The notes beneath the pieces were generated by a model. The model was given only the letters and a program-made list of their open reading frames with translations. It was not told the origin of the DNA and searched no databases. 64,000 bases of DNA, from NCBI RefSeq assembly GCF_006345805.1, contig NC_043004.1:23498001-23562000 (forward strand), written 5' to 3'. Shown one piece after another: positions 1 to 13,721 of the stretch; positions within the stretch are counted from its first letter, which is position 1; every line of letters starts with the position of its first letter. This DNA comes from Octopus sinensis. Lineage: Eukaryota. A program made the translations under genes and the position numbers.

Positions 1-180
1 ACATATCATTATAGAAAATATTCTGCTCAATACCACAGATTTGTTTGTCAGTTGTTTAACCATAACCATTGGAGCATATCCCTTAGTGGATGACAATATA
101 TGCATCTCTGATCATGAACACGAGTAGTGGGGAAGCATTATAACCATATGTTGAGAGAGATTTTGGGGGTTTGAATAAAT
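1..180. repeat. Interspersed repeat fragment (same family as 14950-15100)
   Basis: aaatattctgctcaataccacagatttg...gggggtttgaataa aligns by eye with aaatattctgcccaataccatagatttg...ggggtttgaataa at about 14950-15100. Confidence 0.7.
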
Positions 181-719
181 GTAACAAAAGTTAAGTTTAA
201 AAGAAATAGCTACTTTTCGGACTTTCTAAAGCTGAGCAAATAGAACATTACAGGAGCTACCCAAGGACAAAAATCGTGTTACACAGTATTATCTTATTTC
301 TAAACAATCCTGATTAAACAGACTTATGAAGATCATCCCATCTTTAGGGATATTATGATAGCAGGGATGTGATTTGAGGGAATTTTTCATTTCTGATAAG
401 GGATCATGGATAGACTTCCATGTTAATTTTAGTTGGATGTAGTTGTTATTTTTGAGAGCTACACAAGATAGATATAAGAGGAAGGTCACTACAAGAAGAT
501 TTTTAACCTAGTTGCTGGTGGTTACTGTTTTACTAAGTATAGTTCATTAGAGGATGGCCTTTATACTGACCATCATCCAATATATTATCTCTTTAACCAT
601 TACTTTATTTCTACTAAGTATATCATATTCAGACAAAATTTCTATTAGATATATTATAAACCACACAACTCTGGATCAGATGAAACTTGGGAACAATAGT
701 GATTAAAAAGTGGTTCCAC

Positions 720-1102
720 ACTCCTCAAATTCCTGGAACTCTTAAACTAGGGTCCCAGTACCAAATGCAGTTAATTGTCATACTCAGGCTGAACTAAACA
801 ATCATTAAATAGATATATTGATCTCAGGTTAGATTAGATGACAATTAAGTATTCATTGACTTCAGGTCAAGTTAAATTGCCATAGAACCCTGACCATAAT
901 GCAGATTAGACAACCATCAAAAGCACTTAAAATAGACACTTAGCATGGACCGAGATGACTGATTGCAATAACCACCTTCAGTGGTCATTCAGTGGGCTAT
1001 ACCAAAACTAAAACAATAATATCAGTTAGGTTATGATTTAAAAACAGAGGCAGAATAAATGGTGGTATCAATAATTTAGACAAATATGCAGCCAGTGTAA
1101 AT
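720..1102 (+). repeat. Copy 1 of a diverged ~390-bp direct repeat (copy 2 at 3262-3653)
   Basis: Colinear shared blocks such as ccaaatgcag, atattgatctcaggtta, cataatgcagattagac, aatagacacttag, aataatatcagttagg, gaggcagaataaat, ccagtgtaaat. Confidence 0.9.
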
Positions 1103-1467
1103 GTTGTTTTAAAAGCATTACTGGTGAAAAGGAAACTTCTAATGAACCAACAATAGTCAATTGAGAGTTTAATGCACTCACATTTGTATAATTCTGTCAT
1201 TAGACAATGAACAGACAGTTCTACTAATTGTAAAATGTTTTAGTTTTGTTTTCACTAATTAAAATTTTTATTTATTTGATTGTTTTAGTGTTTAGAACTT
1301 AGTTTAGAGTCTATCTCCTCAACTAATTAAATAGCTTCACTATCCCTAGCAGTGTTTCCATGGTGATATTGATTTGTTAAACATTGATTAAAATAGAGAA
1401 GAGAGTGTTAGTTATAGTGCAAGAAGTTGGTATTACATGATTGGTTGCTGGTGGTCGTGTATTATAG

Positions 1468-2250
1468 CATGGGGTGGCACAGGTATTTACCATTGGGTCT
1501 GGTGATGTTATACCATGGGGAGGCACAGGTCATCCTCATTTGGGGCTAGTGTTGTTATAACATGGGAAGGCACCTGTAATCACAACTGGGAGCTGGATAG
1601 GGTTGTTATACCATGGGGAGGCACAGGTAATCACCATTGGGGGATGGTATTGTCACACTATGAAGAGGCACAGGCAATTACCACTGTGGGCTGGTATTGT
1701 CATACATAGGGAAGCACAAATAAGCACAGTTGAGGACTAACATATTATGGGGAGGCACAGGTAATCACCATTGGGGCTGGTGTTGTTATACCATGGGATG
1801 GTTAAGGTAATCATAATTGGCATTGTCATGCAATGGGGAGGCACAGGTAAACACAGTTAAGGGCTGTTACCGTTATACCATAGGAAGACATAGGTAATCA
1901 TCATTAGGGCTGGTGTTCTTATGCATGGGAAAGCACAGATAATCACCACCAGAGGCTGGTGTTGTTATACTATGGGGAGACACAGGTAATCATAATTGGG
2001 AGGCAGGTGTTGTTATACCACAGGGAGGCACAGGTAATCATCATTAGGTGCTGGTGTTGCTATATCATGGAGAAGCACGGTTAATCACTGCTGGAGCATG
2101 ATGTTATTATATGAGAAGTATGGGTAATTGTTATTAGGGGCTGGTGTTGTTATATCATGGAGAGGCACATTATATTATGAGGAGGATCACATATTTTTTC
2201 ATCCCACTCATCTAGCATGGTAGAGTGGATGTTTTATACCATGTGGAGGT
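1468..2250 (+). repeat. Diverged minisatellite, ~46-bp unit, roughly 16-17 copies
   Basis: Recurrent atggggaggcacaggtaatcaccattggggctggtgttgttatacc. Confidence 0.9.
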
Positions 2251-3261
2251 ACAGTTCTTCATCAGTTACATCCCTAAAAGTGAATATACTATTGGACTAC
2301 CAAGTTTTCAGCTCAAATGATTTGCGCTACTTCATTATGTATTCAATAATAAAGAAACTACACTTCCTTATTCATCTGTCATTGTAATAAGAAGATTTTG
2401 AGATGTTTACTACAAAGGACTGGTGTCATAGTCAGGAACAGTTTGATTTCTCATTCACTAAACCCTGTTAAACGAGAGTTAATCTCTGATCCTGAAGGAG
2501 ATAAACAAGCTAGAAACTAATCAGATTGGTCCTACTTTTTCTGCTCTCAGAACATTTTAAAAATACTTTATTGTTTCATCATCAGCAATGTAGAAAATCA
2601 GTAATTGATACATGCAACCCATGACTGTATTGTCCACAGAGAGTGATATGACATTAAATGTAATATAAATAATTATCTTTATTGTTTATCTTTTACTTGT
2701 GTCAGTTGTTGGATTGTGGTCATGTTGGGGCATTGGCTTATAGGGTTTTAGTTGACTAAATCAACTGCGGCTCCTATTTTTTTTTAAAGCTTGATACTTA
2801 TTCTACTGGACATCTTATAAAACTGCTAAGTTATTGGGACAAAAACAAACCAGCACCAGTTGTCACAGATGTCAAGCAATGGTAGGAGACATACAAAGAC
2901 ACACATAGATAGTTATACATAAATATACAATAAGCTTCTTTCATTTTCTGCCTGCCAAATTCATTCATGAGGCTTTGGTCAGCCTGGAGCAATAGCAGAA
3001 AACACCTGCCAAAGTTGCCACATAGTGGGATTGAACCCGGAACCATGTTGTTGGGAAGTAAACTTCTTACTACACAGACACATCTGCATTGATGCTAAAT
3101 TTAAAAGAAAGAGTCCCCAGCAAAGAACTTTACTCAAAACACCTTTTGTCATAGAAACTTTACTTGAATAATTAAATGTAGTTAATATATCGTTTTAATT
3201 AGAAAAGTTTTGTTTTAGAACCTGAAAAATGTTACCCAACAAAGGCGTTTCTTCAATTTTT

Positions 3262-3653
3262 ACTCAGATCCCAGGAACTTTTGAACTAGGGCCCCTACAC
3301 CAAATGCAGTTTATAGTCATACTGAGGATAATCTGGCTAAACAAAATGATCATTAAATAAAATATATTGATCTCAGGTTAAACTAGATGGCAATTAGATA
3401 TACATTGGCCTCTAGTCAAATTAAATTACCATACAACCCTGATCATAATGCAGATTAGACAGCCATTACAAGCACTTTAAATAGACACTTAGTATGGACT
3501 TAGTAGACTGATAGCAATAACCACCTTTGGTGGTCATTCAGCTGTCAGCAATGAAATTGTAAAGCAATAATATCAGTTAGGTTATTATTTAAAAAAAGAG
3601 GCAGAATAAATGTCGGTGTCAGTAGTTTAGACAAGTATGCAACCAGTGTAAAT
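3262..3653 (+). repeat. Copy 2 of the diverged ~390-bp direct repeat
   Basis: Colinear with 720-1102. Ends about 70 bp from the exon donor at 3722. Confidence 0.9.
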
Positions 3654-3722
3654 TTTAACTGTTTCTAAGCCGCAAAAGCAAATAAACAAAAAACTAAACC
3701 AACAAAAAGAATGCATACATAC

Positions 3723-3866
3723 TTTGGAAGCATGTTATATAAAAGGTCTTCAGCTTTTTTCTTCTGTTCAAGATAATCAGCAGTTCTTTCCTCTACTAAT
3801 GTTTCCAGATTGTTAGCGTATTGTTCCATACGCGATAGTAGGTTGTCCAAAATGTTATCACCATCT
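3723..3866 (-). CDS. Receptor guanylyl cyclase (natriuretic-peptide-receptor-like) internal exon: dimerisation coiled coil / linker before the cyclase domain
   Basis: Encodes (K)[47 protein letters not shown](K), matching the NPR1/2 motif [24 protein letters not shown]...KAExLLYxxLP. Acceptor tttgacag|A at 3867, donor AA|gtatgt at 3722. 144 nt, phase 2-2. Confidence 0.96.
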
Positions 3867-4127
3867 CTGTCAAATATAGAGTTAAACAGATGCATTAGTA
3901 ATATTATTAACATCATAATCTAAAATAAATTGTTCAATCATAATGATTTCTGGGTAACAATATTTATTATCAAACCTCTAATGCACATAGTCTTGACTGT
4001 GGATAACACCATTGTGAGTTGAGCAAATTTATTGATACAAATATATTATATGTATAATTGAACACAGCAGCAATATAATGCAGTTATGATAGAAGTCCCT
4101 CTTGATATATATAATATATATATATAT

Positions 4128-4159
<32 letters not shown>

Positions 4160-6106
4160 AGATAGATAAATAATCAAAATAAGCAACAAGTATATCCAAG
4201 GTAGAGTAGTACAATTGTTTCATGCTACTTTCATTTTATTAAACACTAAGTATTACATCAGTTTTAAAATGTCAAGCAACCTCAGCCACTTATAGAATTT
4301 TCCAATTAAATGGACAATGCACATTCTTATCCCTATTTCATTTGCCAACGCTATAAAAAGGGTAGATATATAGATAGAGAGGTTGATGAAATCATTCTTA
4401 AGAACATGATGGTAGTATGTTCACTCTCTAACTGTAGATTTTATCATATGATTTATATGGATAATACCATACAAAATTCTGGTGCCTTTAACTTAAGTAC
4501 CATATTCAGCTGAATCTATATATATAAATATATATATATATATATGTATGCATGTGTATGTATATATATATATATATGTATGTATGTATATATATATGTA
4601 TGTGCGTATGTATATATATATGTATGTATATGTGAGTGTGTGTGTGTATAATCTCTGACAAGGCCTATGGTCATATATGTATAAGTACCCTATTTTGAAA
4701 TGCCTACAACCTCAATATAATTGGAAAATATAGTCACGAAAAAAAACTACTTTTATCCATAGGCTGAAACAGCTGTAAGGAGTGATTTTAATGATTTCAA
4801 TAATTTATATTATGATTTTTATAATTGTATTCTTATCTTATTTGTATTGAATTATAATGTATATATGTATGCTATTAAGGTTCTCATTTTTGTTAAATGA
4901 ATAAATAATTCAACATTCTAATATCCGAAAGCTGATGAACCAACTAAATTGTTTCTCCAATTTTCTTATTTGCATTATAAATTAATGGTAAAATATTTCT
5001 TTACCTTCACCCGTTTAATACAATAAATAAGTTAATTGCATTGCAATTAAAAACATTTGTGTATTAAGAATTTGGGTACTATAGCAACAGTATATTGGAT
5101 AAATAATATCCCTTGGTGGGTTGGATCCACAACCCCTAACTTACTTGCTGTTTTATATATATATATATATGTATGTATATATAATACATATACTCAATTC
5201 TTTCAATTCCTTCCTCTCATCCTGTTTTTGTTCACCTCCCTTCAGTCCTTCTTTTCTAAATCATCACCTTTCTTCTTTCCTCTTTATCCCTCTTCCACAC
5301 ACCTTATATTTATTGCCTCTCTTCACTCCTCACCCTCACCCCATGCCGCTATCATTCTTTCAGTATTCTGTTTGCTTATAACTAGAAATGACTCTCATAA
5401 AAGTAGTATTAATTCTCAGGTCCTTCAATTTTTCTTAACCAATCAATGGGCTGATTCAGTAAACCAATCAATAATGAACCTATAACAAATACTGGAAACA
5501 GCTGTAAGTCAACTTTTCTACAATAAAGACATATGTAATGACCATTATTTATGCCTTGTCTGATATATATATATATATATTATATATATATATATACGGA
5601 GTGGTTGGCGTTAGGAAGGGCATCCAGCTGTAGAAACATTGCCAGATTAGACTGGAGCCTGGTGCAGCCTTCTGGCTTCCCAGATCCCCGGTCGAACCGT
5701 CCAACCCATGCTAGCATGGAGAATACATACATATATATATACATATATACATATATATATATACATATATATATACATATATATATATACATATATATAT
5801 GTGTGTATATATATATGTATATGTATGTATGTATGTATGTATGTATATACGTATGTATGCATATATGTAATTGATGAAGGAAGCAGAAAATGGATATGGT
5901 AGAAACATTTGTTGAACAAAGATTCATACCAAATCCATTTTCCGTTTCCCTCATCAATCATAATATAAATGAACACCGCAGAATTCCTGACGTTGATCCA
6001 GTGAAAATTATACCTTAACAGTAGATGACATCAGGTAGCCCTAATAGTGAATGTGCTTTGATCAACATACTAATATACATATATCCAAAGTCCAAATAAT
6101 TACTTG

Positions 6107-6139
<33 letters not shown>

Positions 6140-6339
6140 ATATATACATGCAAAAAGAAAGAAAACAAAGAGTGAAGACTTTCATACGATGACTATTTAA
6201 TAATGATAATATTGGCATAATGATTCTCCATGGACACAACAAAATATTTAAGTATAAATATATAGATATTTATATATTAATATATCAAACTTATACAGAG
6301 TACAAATAACAGAGAAAATTAAAGGGGAGCAGGTAACAT

Positions 6340-6645
6340 GCTACAAGTCTGAGAGCTGCTTCTGGGGGCTCAGAGATCCATCATGATGTTGCTAGATGTA
6401 GTTCATCAAAACATGCGGCTAGTAATCTGACATTTCAGATCATGACGCAGAGAAGTTTAAAGAGAAGTTTAAACTTCTCTCCATTATGATCTGAAATGTA
6501 AGATTTGCTTGTATCCTGAAGATGGAGGCTCAATTTATCAAATGCTTATTTGCTTTGATTACTGGCTGCATATTTAAGGTGAAATACAGCTACCAACATT
6601 ATGATGGATCTCTGAACCCCCAGAAACAGCTGTCAGACCTGTAGC
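6340..6645. mobile_element. Palindromic (fold-back) non-autonomous element with a Penelope-like hammerhead remnant
   Basis: The left arm gctacaagtctgagagctgcttctgggggctcagagatccatcatgatg is the reverse complement of the right arm catta tgatggatctctgaacccccagaaacagctgtcagacctgtagc. There is a nested inner inverted repeat (catttcagatcat / atgatctgaaatg). Confidence 0.7.
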
Positions 6646-7224
6646 ACCTCACATACATACATACATACTGCATCCTTTAAGGCCCTCATGCTTTCCGAAA
6701 TCCGCCGAAACTACACCTGATTATATATACACTTTAGATGAGTTGTAGTGCACCTGAGCACTGTACACAATTATTATTATTATTATTATTATTATACATA
6801 CACACACACATACATACATACATACATACATTTATAGTCAATTGTATTTCTCTAACTTATTATTTGTCAACAAGTGATAGCCAACAAGAAACTTAGGAGC
6901 CTTTACATGTGCTTTCCGTCTACCAAATCCACTCACAAGGCTTTGCCCATACTAAACACATATATGTATTATTGACCGCACATTCTCATTCTCATTCTCA
7001 TTTACTTGTTTCAGTCATTTGACTGCAGCTATGCTGGAGCACCGCCTTTAGTCAAGCAAATCAACCCCAGGACTTGTAAGCCTAGTACTTATTCTATTGG
7101 TCACTAAGTTACGGGGACGTAAACACACCAGCATCGGTTGTCAAGGGATGGTGGGGGCGGGACAAACACAGGCACACAAACATAAACACACACACACACA
7201 CATATTATTATATATTATATATAT

Positions 7225-8761
7225 AAAATAAATATAAGAGAGTGGTCACTATATGGCTCACTCTAGCCCAGTTAATCCAAAAGGTTTCAACCACAAAATA
7301 ATGTTTCCCATGAAAGTCAGTACGATTGTTAGCTCACACGGACAGGGCAAATAAAAAATAACAAAAATACAGATTATTTTGGGACATTGTTTCGCTATTA
7401 ATGAATTAATTGTAATTTTACTTACAAAAAAATCCACTTGTAGCTCGTCAGCCAAAACTATCTGGATGAAATCCACTCAATCACACGCCAGATTTTACCA
7501 TAACGATAAATACGCGTGTGGTTCAATTGATTACATCCAACGTTATAATTCAATGCCCCAACTAACAGCGCGCCAAACTTTTACGGAAAACAAATACAGC
7601 ATTTAGAAATAAATGCAGCATAATTATAATTAATTAATAAGGGTGAGAGAATTAGATACTAATTTAATAGTATATCTATTCAACACCAAGTGGCCTAGTG
7701 CTCCGAGAAACATGGATTATTAAATATTTTATAATATATTATAATATTTTTACAAAAAAATATAAGAGAGTGGTCACTATATGGCTCACTCTAGCACCAG
7801 TTAATCCAAAAGGTTTCAACCACAAAAATACATGTTTCCCATGAAAGTCAGTACGATTGTTAGCTCACACGGACAGGGCAAATAAAAAATAACAAAAATA
7901 CAGATTATTTTGGGACAATTGTTTCGCTATTAATGATTAAATGTAATTTTACTACTTACAAAAAAATCCACTTGTAGCTCGTCAGCCAAAACTATCTGGA
8001 TGAAATCCACTCAATCACACGCCAGATTTTACCATAACGATAAATACGTGTGTGGTTCAATTAACTGGTGCTAGAGTGAGCCATATAGTGACCACTCTCT
8101 TATATTTATTTTGTAAAAATATTATAATATATTATAAAATATTATAATAATCCAGGTTTCTCGGAGCACTAGGCCACTTGGTGTTGAATAGATATACTAT
8201 TAAATTAGTATCTAATTCTCTCACCCTTATTAATTATTATATTATGCTGCATTTATTTCTAAATGCTGTATTTGTTTTCCGTGAAAGTTTGGCGCGCTGT
8301 TAGTTGGGCTTTGAATTATAACGTCGGATGTAATCAATTGAACCACACGCGTATTTATCGTTATGGTAAAATCTGGCGTGTGATTGAGTGGATTTCATCC
8401 AGATAGTTTTGGCTGACGAGCTACAAGTGGATTTTTTTGTAAGTAAAATTACATTAATTCATTAATAGCGAAACAATTGTCCCAAATAATCTGTATTTTT
8501 GTTATTTTTTATTTGCCCTGTCCGTGTGAGCTAACAATCGTACTGACTTTCATGGGAAACATGTATTTTTGTGGTTGAAACCTTTTGGATTAACTGGTGC
8601 TAGAGTGAGCCATATAGTGACCACTCTCTATATTTATTTTGTAAAAATATTATAATATATTATAAAATATTATAATAATCCAGGTTTCTCGGAGCACTAG
8701 GCCACTTGGTGTTGAATAGATATACTATTAAATTAGTATCTAATTCTCTCACCCTTATTAA

Positions 8762-8768
<7 letters not shown>
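7225..8768. repeat. Tandem array of a ~528-bp unit that switches orientation (about 1.6 forward and 1.3 reverse units)
   Basis: tataagagagtggtcact begins at 7233 and 7761. Its reverse complement occurs at about 8095 and 8624. Copies are near identical. Confidence 0.95.
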
Positions 8769-8802
<34 letters not shown>

Positions 8803-9865
8803 TACAACGAGCTTCTTTCAGTTTCCGTCTACCAAATCCACTCACAAGGCTTTGGTTGGCCCTAGGCTATAGTAGAAGTCACTTGCCCAAGGTGCCACGC
8901 AGTGGGACTGAACCTGGAACCATGTGGTTGGTAAGCAAGCTACTTACCACACAGCCACTCTTGCACCTACCTATACCATACTCAATCTTGTTTTTTTTGT
9001 TTACCACTTCATTGTGGTGTAACATTTGGGGGACAACTCCCTTATAATGCTGGGTGTTAAAACACCTGAAAGTCATAGATAGGTGAGACAACTTGTCTCC
9101 AATTAAATTCAGGAGTGATGAACAATGATATTTTGCCATTTTTTTTTTTTGTATGGCTCATCAACATCATGTACCTGAATTGAATCAGGGACAAATTGAA
9201 TTGCCAGTCTATGATTATATATATATAGTGTAGGAACTATTTGCCGGTATTCTACGGCAATGCCCACAAAAGATTAACTTCAATAATAAATTAAAAGCAG
9301 CACTAGTGTTGTAAACATTATCAAACACACATACTCATGGCATGCGTTTTGTTTGTTTGCCTGATTACTTTGCCTGACTTGCTCATAATGATGGGCGTTA
9401 AAACATCCGAACTATTTAATTTCGCTGTACCACAGTGAACCAGAGAACAAACAAAGCACATGCCTTGAGTATGTGAGGTTGATAATGCTTACAGCACTAA
9501 CACTACTTTTAAATCATTATTGAATACACGCACACACACATGCACGCACACACACAGAGATATGTATAATGCATTCTTGGCAGCTACTTCAAATATTAAA
9601 TTAATGGTGCTTTAACAGTGTATTGTTTCATTGCTTGTATTGATGAATAGAATAAGTTGTGTATCCACAAGATGTTTACATCTTGTCAATACATATATAA
9701 ACATCTGTTTATATATGCAATGTTGGCAAAATATCTACATTGATATTGTATGGTGTAGCAAAACATTGAAACAAAACACTTAATAAATCAATAATTTATC
9801 TTAAATATATCATCATTATTGTCATCATATTCATCATCACAACCACAATTATCACCTTCGTCATC

Positions 9866-9899
<34 letters not shown>

Positions 9900-10284
9900 T
9901 CATCATCATTGTCATCCTTTTAACATCTACTTTTCTAAGATCGTATGAGCTTGATGGAACTTCTTGTAGCCAGATGGCCTTTCTGTTGTTGACTTTCACT
10001 TACTTTCAAGGAAGGTAATATTTCCCCATGTTTTCATGGAAGGTTAGAAATGAAAGACACTGCTGTACAACAGTGACATTTATTTACAACTCTTTTACTT
10101 GTTTCAGTAAGTTGACTGCAGCCATGCTGGAGCACTGCCTTTAGTCAAGCAAATCGACCCCGGGACTTATTTTTGCATGCCTAGTACTTATTCTATCGGT
10201 CCCTTATGTCGAACCGCTAAGTTATGGGGACGTAAACACACCAACATCAGTTGTCAAACAATGTTAGAGGGGACAAACACAAAC

Positions 10285-10351
<67 letters not shown>

Positions 10352-10751
10352 CATATATATGACAGGCTTCTTTCAGTTTCCATCTACCAAATCCACTCAC
10401 AAGGCTTTGGTAGGCCCTAGGCTATAGTAGAAGACACTTGCTCAAGGTGCCACACAGTGGGACTGAACCCACACCATCGCACACACATACACACACACAC
10501 ACACCTTTTTATCTTTAATCTTTTACTTGTTTCAGTCATTAGACTAAAACCATGATGGGGCACTACCTTCAAAGATTTTTACTCGAACTAACTGACCCTA
10601 TACTTTGCTTTTTTATTTTTTGAAGCCTCATACTCATTCTATCAGCCACTTCTGCTGAACCACTAGGTTATGGGGATGTAAACACAACATCAGTGGTGAC
10701 GGGGACAAACTCAGACACAAACACACACATGCAAACACACACATACACACA

Positions 10752-10786
<35 letters not shown>

Positions 10787-11657
10787 GTGTGTGTGTGTAT
10801 ATATATATGTGTGTGTGTGTATATATAAATGTGTGTGTGTGATGGACTTCTTCCAATTTCCATCAACCAAATACACTCACATGGCTTTGGTCAACCCAAG
10901 ACTATAATAGGAGGGACATTCCAGACATTTCCAAAAGTGCAAAACAACTGGTCTTATGTCAACAAAAAAATATCAACATTCACTCACACACACACGTATG
11001 GCAGGTTTCATCCAGTTTCTGCCAACCAAATTCACTTTTAAGGCATTGGTCAGACTCAGAATGTAGTAGAAAACACCAAGAAGTCAAGCAATGGGAGCGA
11101 ACTTTAAACGACATGACTGCAGAGTGAACTTGTTTACCAAACAGTTATAGCCACAACTATTTTATATACACAAACACACATGAAGACATGCACACATACA
11201 CACACCATGGCTCACGCATTCAAGATGTGATTGGAAAAATTCTTTGACAAACAACAGAAGAATAACTTTACAGGAAATTAAACTGTCTTTAGAATGTTAT
11301 ATAGAATAGTTAGCTTGAAACAGAATATTTGATCAAACAAAAAGAAAAATGTCATCTAATATATTTTTTTCGCTATTTTATTTTTCTCTCTTCTTCTCAG
11401 ATAATTTACCATATCAAGAGAGGTATTATGTCTCTGTTACAATTGTTTAAGAGAAAATGAAGTTATTATGAGAATTTCTGAAGACTTTTTTTCTCTGTCC
11501 AAGCCTTAAATATTATTAATCTCCAATTCTGTCAGTCTCTGGAGAAAAGCAAAATAAGTGAAGAGGTTTTTTCTATAATAAATCACAACAAACTTAGTTT
11601 TCTAAGTCATCGCAATCTTCCTAATTGCATTCTTCTTGTTTTTAGCATTCTTTCATA

Positions 11658-11703
<46 letters not shown>

Positions 11704-11719
11704 TGTGTGTATGTGTGTG

Positions 11720-11749
<30 letters not shown>

Positions 11750-11750
<1 letters not shown>

Positions 11751-12143
11751 TTTTACTCTTTTACTTGTTTCAGTCATTTGACTGCGGCCATGCTGGAGCA
11801 CCGCCTTTAGTCGAGCAAATCGACCCCGGGACTTATTCTTTGTAAGCCCAGTACTTATTCTATCGAACCGCTAAGTGACGGGGACGTAAACACACCAGCA
11901 TCGGTTGTCAAGCAATGCTAGAGGGACAAACACAGACACACAAACATATACATACACATACATATATATACATATATACGACGGGCTTCTTTCAGTTTCC
12001 GTCTACCAAATCCACTCACAAGGCATTGGTCGGCCCGAGGCTATAGCAGAAGACACTTGCCCAAGATGCCACGCAGTGGGACTGAACCCAGAACCATGTG
12101 GTTGGTAGGCAAGCTACTTACCACACAGCCACTCCTGCGCCTA
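11750..12143 (-). mobile_element. Near full-length SINE family A (dominant ~400-450-bp SINE with an internal TA/CA microsatellite)
   Basis: Reverse complement of the element at 43268-43712 and 45665-46062. More than 20 complete or partial copies occur in the window (e.g. 2680-3085, 10090-10470, 19622-20040, 21975-22420, 58098-58555). Confidence 0.9.
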
Positions 12144-12420
12144 TATATATAAATAAAATAGTTGTTATTATTATGTCTGTTTTCCAAAGCTTGCAAGGAT
12201 CAGGAGGAATTCATTGAAGCAGATTCCATTTTGGGAGGAAGTGGGTACGAGATGCCTTTTGCAGTCATCAACACTCACATGGCTCCCTGATCAATTATGT
12301 TTTCTCAGAAGGCTAGATGCAAGGGGCACTATTTGTATTATGGTGACACTTGTTAACAACTATCTCATGATGTCAAAAAAGGGGACACAAACACCCTCAC
12401 ATACCACTATATATATATAT

Positions 12421-12708
12421 GTGGAGGCGCAATGGCCCAGTGGTTAGGGCAGTAGACTCGGGGTCATAGGATCGCGGTTTCGATTCCCAGACCGGGTGTT
12501 GTGAGTGTTTATTGAGCGAAAACACCTAAAAGCTCCACGAGGCTCCAGCAGGGGGTGGTGATCCCTGCTGTACTCTTTCTCCCACTCTTTCTTCTGTTGG
12601 CCTGCTCGCTTAGCCAGCGGGGTGGCGTCATTCGAAGGCTAAAACAATGCGAATGCATTGTGACCAGCGATATGTAACAACATCTGATGGTCTGGGCGGT
12701 CACGTGAT
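12421..12708 (+). mobile_element. tRNA-derived SINE family B
   Basis: tRNA-like head with A box tggcccagtggttag and B box ggtttcgattccc. Related copies at 39073-39375, 41336-41653, and on the minus strand at 24810-25050, 31440-31685, 59980-60230. Confidence 0.85.
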
Positions 12709-12709
12709 A

Positions 12710-12745
<36 letters not shown>

Positions 12746-12917
12746 TGTATACATGCATATATGGGTACTGGATGTCAAAAAAAAAAGAACAAAATGAAAA
12801 ACAAGAACATAAACACACAAAAACATTTAAAACAAACTTTTTTTTGGACAACGAAAGAAACAAATAGAGAAACGAGACAGGCAACATAAAGAACAATCCC
12901 ACCAGCATGAGAGAGAA

Positions 12918-13345
12918 TATTAATCTACAGATTTGGTATTGTCTACATCAGACTCACCAGTGTGAAAGACAGAGAGGGTTAACATATAGACATGGTACAC
13001 ACTACAACAGTCTCACTAGAATAAGACAGAAGATGAACTTAAAGATGTATCATACACTACATCAGTGTCACTAATGTGAAAGAGAAAGTTAACCTACAGA
13101 TGTGGTACAGGCTTCTACAGATTTGGTACAGACCTCAGACTCGCCAGTGTAAAAGAGAGTGGGTTAGCTTACAGATACGTTACCCATGACATCAGTATTA
13201 CTAGAGTAAGATAGAAGGTTAACCTACAGATATTGTTACCAATGTAAAAGAGGATGTTAACCTACAGATATTGTACAAACTACATCAGTTTCACCGGAGA
13301 CTGCAAGAGAGAGGATTAACCTACAAATGTGGTACATCATAGATC
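12918..13345 (+). repeat. Diverged minisatellite, ~55-60-bp unit, about 7 copies
   Basis: Recurrent gttaacctacagatgtggtac...ctacatcagt.tcac.agtgt.aaagaga. Confidence 0.8.
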
Positions 13346-13689
13346 AGTTGTTCATTTCTTGGAGAATGGTGAATCTATATCCATGTTTAAGTTGAACATT
13401 AACTACACTAATATCACCAGCGTGGTAGGGTCAGTAAAAGTCATGGACACCATTCATTCCTTCTGTTATAACTGATTTATGAAAAAATCAATGAAAAGCT
13501 GTTGGAATTCTATCAAAATATTGCCATTTGGAAAAAAATATATCAAAATCCTTGTTAGGGAATGAAAAAAAAAGAAATTAGAGTCTGTTTCTGTTGGTGG
13601 TTTATGGTAATAGCAGACATTAATGGTTTGTGATGGTGGTGATGGTGGTGGTGTTGGTGTTGCTACTGCTACTACTCTTGTTACTGTTG

Positions 13690-13721
<32 letters not shown>

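Noticed and set aside
1-3722. Next GC exon (SVAEQL...FSDIVGF) expected downstream
   Set aside because: Searched by eye and not found. It must lie beyond the left edge of the window.
12421-12500. tRNA gene
   Set aside because: A and B boxes are present, but it continues into a SINE body shared with several copies and has no complete cloverleaf or acceptor stem.
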